Shown: one piece after another, positions 52,459 through 64,000 of the stretch
Numbering within the stretch: position 1 is the first letter of the stretch
How the letters are laid out: each line of letters opens with the position of its first letter
DNA from: Podarcis melisellensis
Taxonomy: Eukaryota
Reading direction: 5' to 3' (one strand)
DNA length: 64,000 nt
Assembly (NCBI GenBank): GCA_964234715.1
Contig: OZ174278.1
Notes under the pieces: generated by a model
Told to the model about the DNA's origin: nothing
The model's input: the letters and a program-made list of their open reading frames with translations, nothing else
Databases searched by the model: none
Position numbers and translations under genes: made by a program

Positions 52459-52636
52459 CTTAGTAAATGGGAGATAGGACTCTTTGTCTGAACCTCTGAC
52501 ACGGAGCGCTTTGCCTTATCAAATAGCATGTCATGTGGCATATCAGAGTCTGGTGAGACTGAGCCGTGTTCACTGCTGCTGCTGCCAGCCTGCTCCCCCT
52601 GGACTGGCAACGGGAGTGATGTGCTGCGGTTATAAT
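52459..52636 (-). CDS. MAP3K15: MAP3K15 exon (DYNRSTSLPLP...SSSSEHGSVSPDSD...ISHLLS)
   Basis: cag|ATTAT...CTAAG|gtaaaa; phase fits both neighbours; 178 nt (a different frame from listed ORF 52460..52645). Confidence 0.9.
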
Positions 52637-53426
52637 CTGGAGCACAAGAAGAAAAGGGGAATGAATAAACAGGTCCAGCTATCTTTTAAGCAAATGAAAC
52701 AAATGCAGTTTAAAAAATTGACAAGGTGTGAAATGAAACTACCGGATGTGAAAAAGGTGTGTGTCTGCAAGCTGCAGAAATAAATTGTGATGATTGATGG
52801 AAAACCCTTCTCAAACAAACACTAGCAGTGGGGGTTTTTTTACCTTTCTAGTGTAGTTCATCTAGGAATTGGGGTGGAAGGGACCTTGTTCTGAGTGATC
52901 TCCAAGCACTGAAAGAATTACTTGAGATCCAAGAGGCTACTAGCTGGTAAGGTGACATAACCTTGCTTTTACAGCTCATCCACAACTGAAATTTTGTGTA
53001 ACATTACTCTCTTTGTGAAGCCAAATCAGCCCTTGTTCAGGGTTACTAGTTGTATAATTTATTTGCCCTCCTTTTCGGTTTACAACTTGAGATGCCTTAC
53101 ACACCTTAAACTGCTGGGTGCATGTCTACTGAAAATAGACTTCATTAAAATTTCTCCAAATGTCATTTTGGAGAGAGAAGAAACCTAGCACTGAATTTCT
53201 TCATCCTTTATTCAAATATAGTGCTCTAATTTCACCAAGTTTGTTATTTCTTGAATTTGTTATATTAACTCTAGGATGAACCTGCCCCATAAATATTCTT
53301 TTCATAGATTGCTGATTGCTTGGCACATCCAACTGATTTCCTGGTATGTTTAGAACCCAAGATTAAAGAGAAGGATGATGGTTAATATCTCTTTACGTAC
53401 AAATATGTTGACTGATAATTCCTTAC

Positions 53427-53610
53427 CTGAAGGCTTGAATGCAATTCTGTTTTTCTTGCCCTTGTTCAACTGTTTCAAGAATGGGTCCTTAAGTAAGTCC
53501 GATGCTGTGACTCGTTTATTTGGATCAGGTTCAAAGCAGAGCAAAATAAAAGCTCTTGCCTCAGCAGATAGTGATTCAGGAATTTCAGGGTGAATTTTGA
53601 ACATTCCAAC
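53427..53610 (-). CDS. MAP3K15: MAP3K15 exon ([13 protein letters not shown]...RIAFKPS)
   Basis: Within ORF 53350..53616; 184 nt. Confidence 0.95.
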
Positions 53611-54161
53611 CTGCAAGAAGAAAGGACACTCTGCATCACTTCAGCAAGGTAAATTACTTTAAAGTTGATTCATGCTAGGGCTCATCCACACTTACCTTTT
53701 GCCCCCTCTTTCCAGGCAGAGGTGCACACACTTTAATGCTCTGTGTATTTTTTGCCCCAAACTTCCCCCACAAAAACCTGCTCTTTAAAGCTGAATTGGA
53801 GCAAACGTCAAGTTGGCCTTTCGCGACGAAAGCTCCAAACAAAAAAAAAGGGGGCACTCAAGACACAAACCTTTGTTTGTGGGACATGGTAGGAGCCTGT
53901 GGAATGATTTCCTTGCTGAGGCAGACATCTTTCCTTGAGGGACTTTTAGAAGAGCAGCAAAACACACATATTCCCTCTAGTTCTAACTTGGCTGGTTGTG
54001 AAGCAGCTGTAGCTCCCGGCATCCTTTGCATGCCAGTCGTCTCAGATCTGCCCTTCCACATAAATTAATAGATGCTGCTAAATAATCCATGTCAGGAAGT
54101 ATTCTAGCAGTATGGTAATACGTGGAGCGGCGGGAGGTGGGTTAGTACATACAACACTTAC

Positions 54162-54319
54162 TTTGAACATAGCTGCCTGTGGTTCGCCCAGTTCATGAAA
54201 GGGAGGCTTCCCTGTCGCCATTTCAATGGTAGTGCAGCCCAAAGACCAGATATCAGCTGGTGCACCATATCCTCGAGGTCCCTTATCAATAATCTCTGGT
54301 GCCATGTACTGCAAAGTGC
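54162..54319 (-). CDS. MAP3K15: MAP3K15 exon (GTLQYMAPE...QAAMFK)
   Basis: Within ORF 54078..54347; APE motif; 158 nt. Confidence 0.95.
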
Positions 54320-54943
54320 CTAAAGTCATGAAAAAGAATAGGTACAAGTATTATTATTATTATTATTAAAAATCCCTGAATAGATCACACTTAATATTAA
54401 TAATAAACCTTTATTGTCACTACACTCCCTGTGTGCAGTGAGATTAAACGAGCCCCCCCCCCCATACACTCAGTCTTGTTCATGCTCTGTGTGCTTGTCG
54501 GAAATCAATTACACCATTTCCCCCCCATTCAGCAGCCCAACAGCCCACGGATAAAAACTGTTCTTTAACCTGTTGGTGCAGCTGACTATACTTCTTTGCA
54601 AAGTACCACACTTCCTTAGGTACTTTGCAAAAATGGCATTTCCCATACAGATGGGCTTAACAGATGGATTAAGTACCAGTGCCAAGAACTCTCAGCTATT
54701 ACACTGCATTCTGTCACAAATCTTCTACATGACTGCCTTGGCTTATGCAATATATTTTAAATGGAAGACAATCCATTGAGTCCACTATAAGATTAAGAAC
54801 AAGCTAAAAGCATTTTTGTATGTTGGGGTAATTTTAATCTGTTTTAGTATTTTAACTTTTGTATGTTTTTAAGTATAGTTGTGAATTTTTCTTAATTTTA
54901 CTTTTTATCTTTTGTAAACTGCTTTGAGCTTTTTTGCAGTCAA

Positions 54944-54946
<3 letters not shown>

Positions 54947-54988
<42 letters not shown>
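54947..54988. repeat. (GT)n microsatellite
   Basis: About 21 perfect units. Confidence 0.95.
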
Positions 54989-54990
<2 letters not shown>

Positions 54991-55408
54991 GTGTAATAAA
55001 TAATGGAAAGTTTGAGAAATGTTATTGGGATGGATAATCGTAGACAGAAATTACATTTTGGGTAGTTATTCATTATTAAAGAATAAGTTGCTTATACTAT
55101 TTACAGCTCTGTTCTTTGCCAGACTATCACTTTTGGGGATGAATGAAGCATTCTCTCTGCCTCTGCAAAAACATATTTGATTTTATTTCCCCATGTACAC
55201 ATTAAAATGCAGGCAATAAACGTATTGGTTTTGGACCAAGTTGCTCTCTCCAAGGGCTTTCTCCACAATGTTGATCACAGCTTTACTGACTTATTTTTGT
55301 GTATAAGCAACAGACAAAGAAAACATTGATCTGAAATCTGTAACCAAGAAAGACTTATTACTGAACTTTCCAAGTACAATACTTTCTACAGTACTTATAT
55401 AAAGAAGA

Positions 55409-55626
55409 AACGAAAAAAATTCATTCCAGTAGCACCTTAAAGACCAACTAAGTTAGTTCTTGGTATGAGCTTTCGTGTGCATGCACACTTCTTCAGATAC
55501 ATGTGTGCATGCACACGAAAGCTCATACCAAGAACTAACTTAGTTGGTCTTTAAGGTGCTACTGGAAGGGATTTTTTTTGTTTTGACTATGGCAGACCAA
55601 CACGGCTACCTATCTGTAACTGGAAA
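55409..55626. mobile_element. Penelope-like retroelement remnant with inverted terminal arrangement
   Basis: Perfect 65-bp inverted repeat (55424-55488 / 55503-55567) and 13-bp TSD tatataaagaaga (55396 and 55627); family assignment from recalled reptile PLE termini. Confidence 0.7.
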
Positions 55627-57208
55627 TATATAAAGAAGATTATGTACATATATACTCACTGTGCAAACAAAACCCAGAATACAGAATAATCTTAATGTAA
55701 CAAGTAATAGACATATATAATTACAAGTAAAGCAAAAGCAATAGGCATTGCCATCTTATCTTGCTCAAATAAACTGCAGCTTTGCAACTGCATGTTTGGA
55801 CATAAGGGTTGTTCGATCATGCTCATCATCAGTGATAAACATTCATGGAAATGATAACTAATATCTAAAAGGGGTGGGGAACCTTTTTTAGACTGAGGGC
55901 AACACTCCAGGAAACCTGGGGTCACATGCCAGTAGTTGGTAGAGCAAAGAACACAATTTTTATCCTCTTATAGTACATATAAGAAAGCAGCTTTATTAAA
56001 GAAGAAAAAGGGAAGGAAAAAATTGATAATGCAATGTTTTAGTGTTGTGCATTTATTTTTCTTTATTGAAAGATGAAAACAATTCAGTGGAAAACAAAGC
56101 GAGACGTGTTCTTGTTTTGTACTGGATAAATGATGCAATCCTAAGCACACTTGCTTGAAAACAAGTCCAAAATATGGTTAGGGTGAAACTGAGAGACTGA
56201 AGGCCCCCTTAGACTGGTGGTTTTTTGCTGCTGCAACATGTCACTGGCACAGTAATAGCGCATTAGTGAGGAATTTATGCTAGCCTATCCACACATCCTT
56301 TATAGGCACAAATGGTGCTGAAAAGTGCTGATTGTATATAATCACCTGATAACTTCACCAGTGTAAATCATGACAAATCGCCTGGAGGAACTCTGAGTAC
56401 TTACAGCAGGAGATGCCACAAAATCAGAAAATGTGGTTTAACAAAAACCAGAAAGGCTTCGAACCTACAGGAAGACCAAAGCGAGCTGATGTGCAATCCC
56501 ATTTGAACTCCCCCAAAGCAATCTGTCTCTGCAATCTTGTTTGCAGCACTGGCAGACTGCACAGGCAACATGATAATCTGGGCAAGCATTACCTCAGATA
56601 GTTCCTGTGGGCTATGCACTTTGTACTATCTGTATCAGCTAATTAAGGTTTTATAACATTTAACTATTGTATTTACTGTTACTGTGCAGGCAAATCTTCA
56701 CAGCAGAACTGGGTGGAGGCAGGGAAGCAGCTTCTAACTATCAGCACAAAAGCTGCATTCAGATGTGGATTTCATACTGTTAGTTTTACCAGTTATAGTG
56801 CTAGCGCTTCTGTTCTGATTTCTAACTTTCCTTTTACACTAACAGCTTTTTATGTTATGGACCTGTGGCTTTTTGAGCAATACATATTTTTGTCATGCAA
56901 AATCTTAAATGGCAGAAAAGAAATACATGCCAGGATACAGTCCCCAATTTTGCCAATAACTCAATTTTCCGAGTTAGTGGGGTTGCAAATGGATTATTTT
57001 TTCTGGAAATAACTGACATGGTAAGGAGTACGGAAGTACCACTAAATTTCCAGAAGTGACTTTTACATTGTGTGAGAGCTCACATAAAAAGTGAAATGAA
57101 CACACATATAAGGAAACGTCGTGAAGGTGAAATAAAATGCCATCTGAGTATAGCCTAATTCTAACCACAGAAGATTATTAAAAAAGAAAAAGTTGTTTCT
57201 GTTCTTAC

Positions 57209-57314
57209 CTGTAAATGTCTCTGTACATGGATTCACTCCTGCAAGGCGCTTGGAGGTCCCAAAATCAGAAATCTTTACTACTCCACTGTATGTGTTCACT
57301 AAAACATTGTCTCC
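57209..57314 (-). CDS. MAP3K15: MAP3K15 exon ([35 protein letters not shown])
   Basis: DFG and activation loop; 106 nt. Confidence 0.95.
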
Positions 57315-57463
57315 CTTAAATAAACAAAGAGTAAAGCAATTACCAGAAACTTTGGTTATCGGGGATTTTATTAAGCCTTTCTAAAAGAGCAACTAGTGGG
57401 ATCTTAAACTCTGCATTTCTGTAACACACAATTAAAAATATAAGGAAGCATGCATATGCTCAC

Positions 57464-57594
57464 TTTTATGTCTCTGTGGACAATCTGGTTCTCATGGAGA
57501 TACTTCAGGCCCTCTAGGATTTGCTTGGTGTAAAACTTAATTGTGGGTTCTTTCATTGGTCCCCATTTTGATCTTAGTAATGCAGAAAGACTTC
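57464..57594 (-). CDS. MAP3K15: MAP3K15 exon ([22 protein letters not shown]...IVHRDIK)
   Basis: HRD catalytic loop; AG/GT boundaries; 131 nt. Confidence 0.95.
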
Positions 57595-59928
57595 CTGGGT
57601 TTAGGCAGAAAATACAGGATAAAATATTATTCTGTCCAGGGTATCAAGGCCTGTAATCATTGAATCATCAGTACAGTACATAAGTAAAATCCCATGCAGA
57701 GTTACCTGGGATTGAACACGCACAGTTCCTGTATTAGACAATATGTGACTAGCTGCAGAGTAAACATGCAGAGAATTGAGTCACACACTTTGTTAACTCT
57801 GAGCCAAACTCATATGCCCCATTATACACAGACCTAAAAGAGCAAATACTGTGCACTTACACACGTATGGCATATATCTAATGAGATAATTCTAGAAACT
57901 AGAGACAGAGTAATCTCAAATCTGTCAGCATTCTGAGGCTAGGTTTGAAGTCACAGTAAACCACAGTTAATGATTTACCATGAATGAACAGGTGGGGTCC
58001 TGTTTCCCTCTTCCACTAGCAAAGAGTGGAATCAACAAACCACAACCCCTGGCTTAGCTGAACTGGAGGTCATGGTTTCCTTCACTTGACACAAACCATG
58101 AAGTCAAAGCTTGTTCTTCGCTTCCTAATTGTGGTTTGTTTGAGTGAAAATGCTAAGCCAGAGATTGTTATTCACACCAGGGGAGCAGTGAATCACAAGT
58201 GATCGCAAGATTCATGGGTAAACTAACTATGGCTTACCATCACATGTGAAGTGGGCCTGAATGTTTTAGCATCAGCTCTGTCAGTCTGTTAAGGGATCCA
58301 GTCTAGCAGGCCCTCTAAGACTGCAGGAAATTTACTGAAACCTTTGCTTGGGAACAAAGGAACCTGCCTTATACAGGGTTAGACCATTGTTCCCTCTAGC
58401 TCAGAATTCTCAACACTGACTAGTAGCAGCTCTCTAGGCAAAGCCTTTCCCTACCCTGTATTGAGATGACAGGGCTCAAACCTATGCATGCAAAGTATAA
58501 GCTATGAGCTTTCCCCTGGGTCCATGATCCAAAAAAAAAAAAAAAGACACCTCGTAAACACTATAAAACTCATTCATTCTTACATCAGGAATATGAATAT
58601 GGGAAGCAACCACAAGGATTTGCAGAAACTAAGATCAGGTAAAAAGGGCAAAAAACTGAATCATTAATAAAACCCCTCAAAAATGTTTTTCAGTATATGT
58701 TCTGTTTGAGCTGAGACTCAAGGCCTTCCAGTGAAAATTCTTGACACATCATCTTTTTCAATTTGTGCGTATCTCTACCAAAGGAACTCCCGAAGGATCA
58801 TCTTGCACTGAGGGGAGTGAGAAGCAGCAGTAAAACTAACAAGCAGTTTCTTCCCTCCCTTTATAGCTTTTTAGAAATAAAAATAAGCGCTTATTGTTAT
58901 AATAATCTCATGTAAACCACTTCCAGCTTTTCCTGAAAAGCTGTACTGTAAATAAGTAAAATAAGTAACCTCTCCCCACTGCAGTGAGAAACTATCCAAT
59001 TAGGTGGGCCTTATTAGAATGCTGTATGTTCCCAACCATCTGATGTGACCTTATCTTTTTTTCTTTCTCTGTATGCTGGTTAAGAATACAATCCTCTCTC
59101 ATTTCACCTGTATCTTTCCCCCTACCACTGGAATGCCCTCCCACCTGAGACAGCCAGGTCTCTTCTGTTATATTCAGGAGTGTCCTTAAAGATGAATCTG
59201 TTCACTTCAGCGTCTCCTTTATTCTTCCTTTCTCTCTCCCTTAAGTGCTATTTTTAAAAAAATTGGTAGAATGCTGAATGGTTTTTTGGTGCTTTATAAA
59301 TAATTATGATAGAAAGAAAAGAGAGAAGAGTTTCTGAACCTAACAGTTCTCTCCAGGAATCAGTGTGTTTGTAACTAATTACAGTCACCGTAAAAATGCT
59401 ATTTATGTGAGACTAAATTGCACCAGAATTTGAATATACAGCCTTGATTCAGGAAGCAATATGTGTATGGATTGGGTTCATGCTGATTTAATTATAGACA
59501 GTCTAAAATATTCTACAGAGCTTTGAGATATGAATCATTCTACTCTGAATGTTATGTTTTACTCTGATTTATGGGTTTGCATATTACAGGGATGGCTCAG
59601 TCAATAGAACATGAGTCTCTTCATGTCAGGGTTGTAGGCTTGAGCCCACATTGGGCAAAATATCCATGCATTGCAGGGGGTTAGACTAGATTACCATTGT
59701 GGTCCTTTCTATCTCTACAATTCTTTTATTCTAAACCTTGGGTTCATGTGAATGTGTGAGCTGCTGGAGAAGAGCTCACAGCCATTTTACTCCTCCCTGA
59801 TCCTCTCTGCTGCCACACCAAGCTTAGCTAAGGTTTGGTGTATTCTAAAGCCAAGGTCTGGCTTAGCATGGCGTGTGAACCAGATCATAGGAAGGTGTCA
59901 TATGAGGCGAAAACAGTAAGATACAAAC

Positions 59929-60056
59929 CTCCAGGCACCTGTTCCATGAAGATTTTAATATATCCATCTTCAGAAACAGAACCAAGATACTGGACAATAT
60001 TTCGGTGCTTCAAATACTTGTGGAGGGCTATTTCTTCATGCAGTGGCTGAGAATAT
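59929..60056 (-). CDS. MAP3K15: MAP3K15 exon ([26 protein letters not shown]...EQVPG)
   Basis: Within ORF 59885..60073; 128 nt. Confidence 0.95.
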
Positions 60057-60289
60057 CTGTCAATGAAGAACAACTAAAAATCAGAAGAAAACATACTAAC
60101 CTAAAATTTCCATGCCACCCACATAAAGATTGAACTTATAAATTGGTAGGTCGGAGGTCCACAGAAAGGATGGAATAACAATGTAAGATAATTAAAAAGC
60201 CCCAATATGGTCAAAATCACCTCAACAAACATATACCATGCAGTGAAAATATATCCTCAGCCAGAGCTGGTAGGCAGAAAGCTACAGCC

Positions 60290-60930
60290 GCATTGTTTGC
60301 ATCTACTGTCTTGAGAGACAATAGAGTGTACCTCCGGGGGTGAAGTCAAACCTCTGCATTTGCAGCACTGAAGTGACCTCCCCAGGGCACAAGTCTGAGC
60401 AGTGTGTAATGGAGGTCCTGGGATGCCTAGACAACTAGACACGTGCCCCTCAGCCTTGCTGATGTGATCCAAAGGAAGGCAGAGCAATACATCTGGCACC
60501 AGCTGGGCTGCAGGAATTGCTGCAAGGAGGAGTACATGGCACCATCCAACAGTCCTGGGGACTCCACTCCGGAATTGGGTAGGGTTTACTCCTTGGCCTT
60601 TTCTTTGCCCCAAAATATCCCATAAGGCAGTGGAGATTTAGGATCAGAGATATCCTTCTCCTAAATGGGCTACCTTCCCAGGTTGACAAGCCCTATTGGC
60701 CCCTCACTTCCCTCTACAGCACACGCAGAAACCGCCTTCTTGACCGCTATTGGTCCTGTCGGCTCAATCAACCACAGCCTGTCTTCACATGCAGGGGAAA
60801 TCCCTAACTCACCAAGGGTTTGAGACCCATGGGCTACTGTTCACCTGGTTTAGCCGGCCATTCCTGGGGTGTGGCCACTGTTGCATACAGACCACTTCTA
60901 GGAGCCTCCGGTGAGAGCTGAGAGCTGAGA
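60290..60930 (-). mobile_element. Probable RTE-type LINE 5' fragment
   Basis: GC-richer block resembling recalled squamate RTE 5' regions; no intact ORF. Confidence 0.35.
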
Positions 60931-61253
60931 GCAGGGTGGGGCCAAAGGTGGATAAACAACTGCAGAGGAAGCACGTGTCCCCCAGCAGAACTACTACGCC
61001 TCCCCTAACACCCCCAGCATATACCATAGCGTAAAGCAGTAGTAACAACAGTGGGTTGGGGCAGTTGCAGTTGCTTCTTTGCTTCTCTGTCTGTGAATGA
61101 TTTATATATTGAATAATGAATGATGTAAGACCAAATTAGGCAAAGCACACTTCATACTTATGTCTGAACTTTAAAAGGTTACTCCTCCTCAGGACTGAAA
61201 TGAATAGCCCACCCCCCATATTTAGTGTGTAAGAATAAAATATCAAGACTCAC

Positions 61254-61387
61254 CTGCTGTCTCTCTCTGGTATTTCCTTGATGGCTATTCGGACCTGATT
61301 GCTAAGATCTCTTCCAGCATAAACTATCCCGTAGGTTCCTTTGCCTAACACTACTCTGTCTCCATTCTCATCATAGTCATACTCATA
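61254..61387 (-). CDS. MAP3K15: MAP3K15 exon ([44 protein letters not shown])
   Basis: Gly-rich loop and catalytic Lys; AG/GT boundaries; 134 nt. Confidence 0.95.
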
Positions 61388-63031
61388 CTGAAAGCAGAAA
61401 GAAACAGAATTCAGCTCTCAGACACAAAAAACCACAATATCAAAGCCACCAAACTGATTTTAACGTATGCCTTAAGATCAACAGCTCTAGTAGAAATTAA
61501 AGAGCAAGTGTTTCTTATAATGTTTGCAGGCAACTGTGGTGCGAGATGAACCTACAAAGACTACTTTTGTCTTATAGAAGAACTGCAATGTTCTAATTAA
61601 CAGGCACTGATTTTTTTAAAAAATCAATTCTTTAAACATTATATAAGCAGCTGCCCATAATAAGAATGTGCGACATAAGAGGAATACCTCACAAGTAAAA
61701 GATTATTTAATAAAGGGGTGTGTCTTTTTAAATCTGAGTGAAGAATACATAATGGGAACAAATAGCATAAAATGGAAGATAATGTCAATGGGGGCAGGTG
61801 GGCAAGTACTGTAAACCAGACTCCTACAAGTATGTACAAATCCTCTGTCAGTTAAGTCCTTGAAATTCTTCCACAGTTCATTTTGAAAGTGATTGCCAAG
61901 CTCCCGGTTTCCACACAGAGTCCTCCAGGGAGGTATTTGTACACCCTAACATGACCTGCCCACTAACTTAGTTCAACCTTTCAAACCGTTTCATTTTTCA
62001 TGCCTCAGCAGTTCACAGTTCATCGTCCTGTGCTGTTATGTGATATGTGCTATTACCCAAAATGACACAACCAGAACCTGTTAATGTTTTTTTTTAGCAC
62101 ACCCATATTTCACAGCTACGAAACAGTATTCAGCTGATAGCGGTAGCTTGAGGACAGCAACCAGATTCATAAAACGTTAGCCTGAATATCACTGATAGCA
62201 CATTTCTGACAGAGCAGTTGTTTACCCAGAATAAGTCCTACTGTGTTCACTGTGGCTTACTCTTAGATAAGCATGAATAGGAACACAGGCTTTGCATGCA
62301 CAAAATATCTGAAGATAAACATTTCAGTGCAATGGGCAATTCCACAATCTATTCTAATGACTTCATTTTAAAGCAAATTCAAATTGAGAAGCGGGAGGGA
62401 GGCAGAAAGAAATAAGAATTGTATGCCCTTGAATACAAATGTTACTTTTGAACAAAGAAGGAGAATTTTCTAAATGATGTGCACACTGATGTCAAAGAGC
62501 TGTTCAAATTAGAGGATTTTCATTGGCATCTGCCTCTAAAGTACAGATATATCAGCTAATTCCCACTTAGTCCAGAGAAACCCAAAACATAGCCTTGGCT
62601 TCTCTGATATTTGCTAACTAATGTCTCCTTTTAGGCTGCAGATATATTGGAATGCTACCTAGAAGCATCCTATATTACTCAACTCTCAAGCAATACTTGA
62701 TCCAAAGCACTGAGGCATTTCAAACTTTATACTTTTGTTGTTTTTCTTTAACCTTTCAAATAAATGTATATTATCCCCTCAAGCATGCAAGTTGTGGGTT
62801 AACAAACATTAAAAACAAACAAACCCAACCCACTCTTAATGTGGGAATAATGGGAACAAAGTTTCATGGCATGAACTTATGTATCTCTGTGACAATCTTC
62901 TTCTTCCCTATTTTATCCACTAGACTTACATGGAAAACAATAACTAGAGTTGCGAAATATGCCTCACTTGTAATGCAACTTTAGATCCCTTTGTAACTAT
63001 AATTTACAAGGACTGGATTTGGGACATTATA

Positions 63032-63377
63032 CCGTATTTTTCGCCCTATAGGACGCACTTTTTCCCCTCCAAAAATGAAGGGGAAATGTGTGTGCGTCCT
63101 ATGGGGCGAATGCAGGAGCGCTCCCGCTGCTTGCGGAGAGTCGCCTGCATGCCGAAGCCTGCGCGCGCTGAGCTCAGCGCGTCCAGGCTTCGCGGACCTC
63201 TCCGCAAGCAGCGGGAGCCAGCGCTGGGCTCCCATGGCTTGCAGAGAGCTGCCTGTTTGGGGTCTGGGGTCGGGGAAAGCTCGGGGGGGGGGAAATAATT
63301 TCCCCCCTTTATTTCCCCCCCCAAAAAAACTAGGTGCGCCTTATGGGACGGTGCGTCCTATAGGGCGAAAAATACGG
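63032..63377. mobile_element. Intact Tc1/mariner (Tc2-like) MITE
   Basis: Perfect 27-bp TIR ccgtatttttcgccctataggacgcac; TA TSD; CpG-rich interior. Confidence 0.92.
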
Positions 63378-64000
63378 TACATGGAAAGCTGACAACTCTA
63401 CCACTAAGGTGTCCCCTCTCATTGCTATTTGTGAATTTAGTGCCCTACACTGTTTTCAAATTAATCTGTCATAGCATCCATGACAAAGCTTCCACATAAG
63501 GGTGTTTCTGTCTTTTCTCAGGTACCAATGCATTGTCAAATGGACTGTGGGGATAGAATAAATAAGTGCTATTAGTTCAGTACACAATTATCCATTGCCA
63601 TGTATGAAAATCGTAATTGTACAAACAAGCAGTTGGGAAAAGTACTTTTCTAATCCTTAATTCCAGTAAGCAATTGGGAAAATCAGAGATTCCTATAACT
63701 GCCATACTTTTTGGATGAAAAGCTTTAAGTGTGTAACTCTCAAACTATGTTAATAATGTGATTTTCAATACATTTCAAGCTCCATTCCACAAAACTCCAA
63801 CATGTTTCTTTCAAAATATTTTACCCTGCTCAGACAAACAAGAGATCTGAGTAGCAATAACACACACATAATATGTAAAAATATCAAGTATATCAAACAT
63901 TATTATAGAGGAAAGATATTTCCTCCTGTATCTGATGCTTAGATATTGGATTCTAATACTACATACTTGGAAAAAGGGATTATTATTCAGATAATAGGCT

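Larger units (their letters stand above)
47737..61387 (-). other. MAP3K15: MAP3K15 (ASK3) 3' portion: 15 coding exons from the kinase domain to the C-terminus; the gene continues beyond the window end
   Basis: ASK-family kinase motifs ([31 protein letters not shown]). Segments recalled as ASK3-type ([29 protein letters not shown]). Convergent synteny with PDHA1, as known in mammals. All intron phases are consistent. Confidence 0.93.

Noticed and set aside
47737-61387. Assignment of the kinase as MAP3K5 (ASK1) or MAP3K6
   Set aside because: Adjacency to PDHA1 and the ASK3-type linker sequences favour MAP3K15.

Overview
Vertebrate nuclear DNA from a squamate reptile. Sauria SINEs and a Bov-B LINE support this, and the SINE sequence suggests a lacertid lizard (inference). 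The first ~28 kb has no confidently recognisable gene and is made of TE fragments, MITEs, SINEs and microsatellites. The complete PDHA1 gene (pyruvate dehydrogenase E1 alpha) follows on the + strand: a CpG-island promoter at ~28.4-29.5 kb and 11 canonical coding exons at 28884-46877 (1185 nt, 394 aa). There is also a candidate 15-nt microexon (GAVSE) inside the mitochondrial presequence. The 3' half of MAP3K15/ASK3 lies tail-to-tail on the - strand: 15 phase-consistent exons at 47737-61387, running from the kinase domain to the SAM-type C-terminus, with its 5' part beyond the window. The most notable observations are the PDHA1 microexon with UGC motifs typical of SRRM3/4-type regulation, a MITE carrying NRF1 and paired ETS/GABPA motifs 1.1 kb upstream of PDHA1, a palindromic 109-bp minisatellite expanded inside a nested MITE in PDHA1 intron 2, an ASK1-type 14-3-3 motif in ASK3, and tightly convergent 3' ends. 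No prokaryotic systems, CRISPR arrays, rRNA genes or genuine tRNA genes were seen. All calls were made by eye without database searches.
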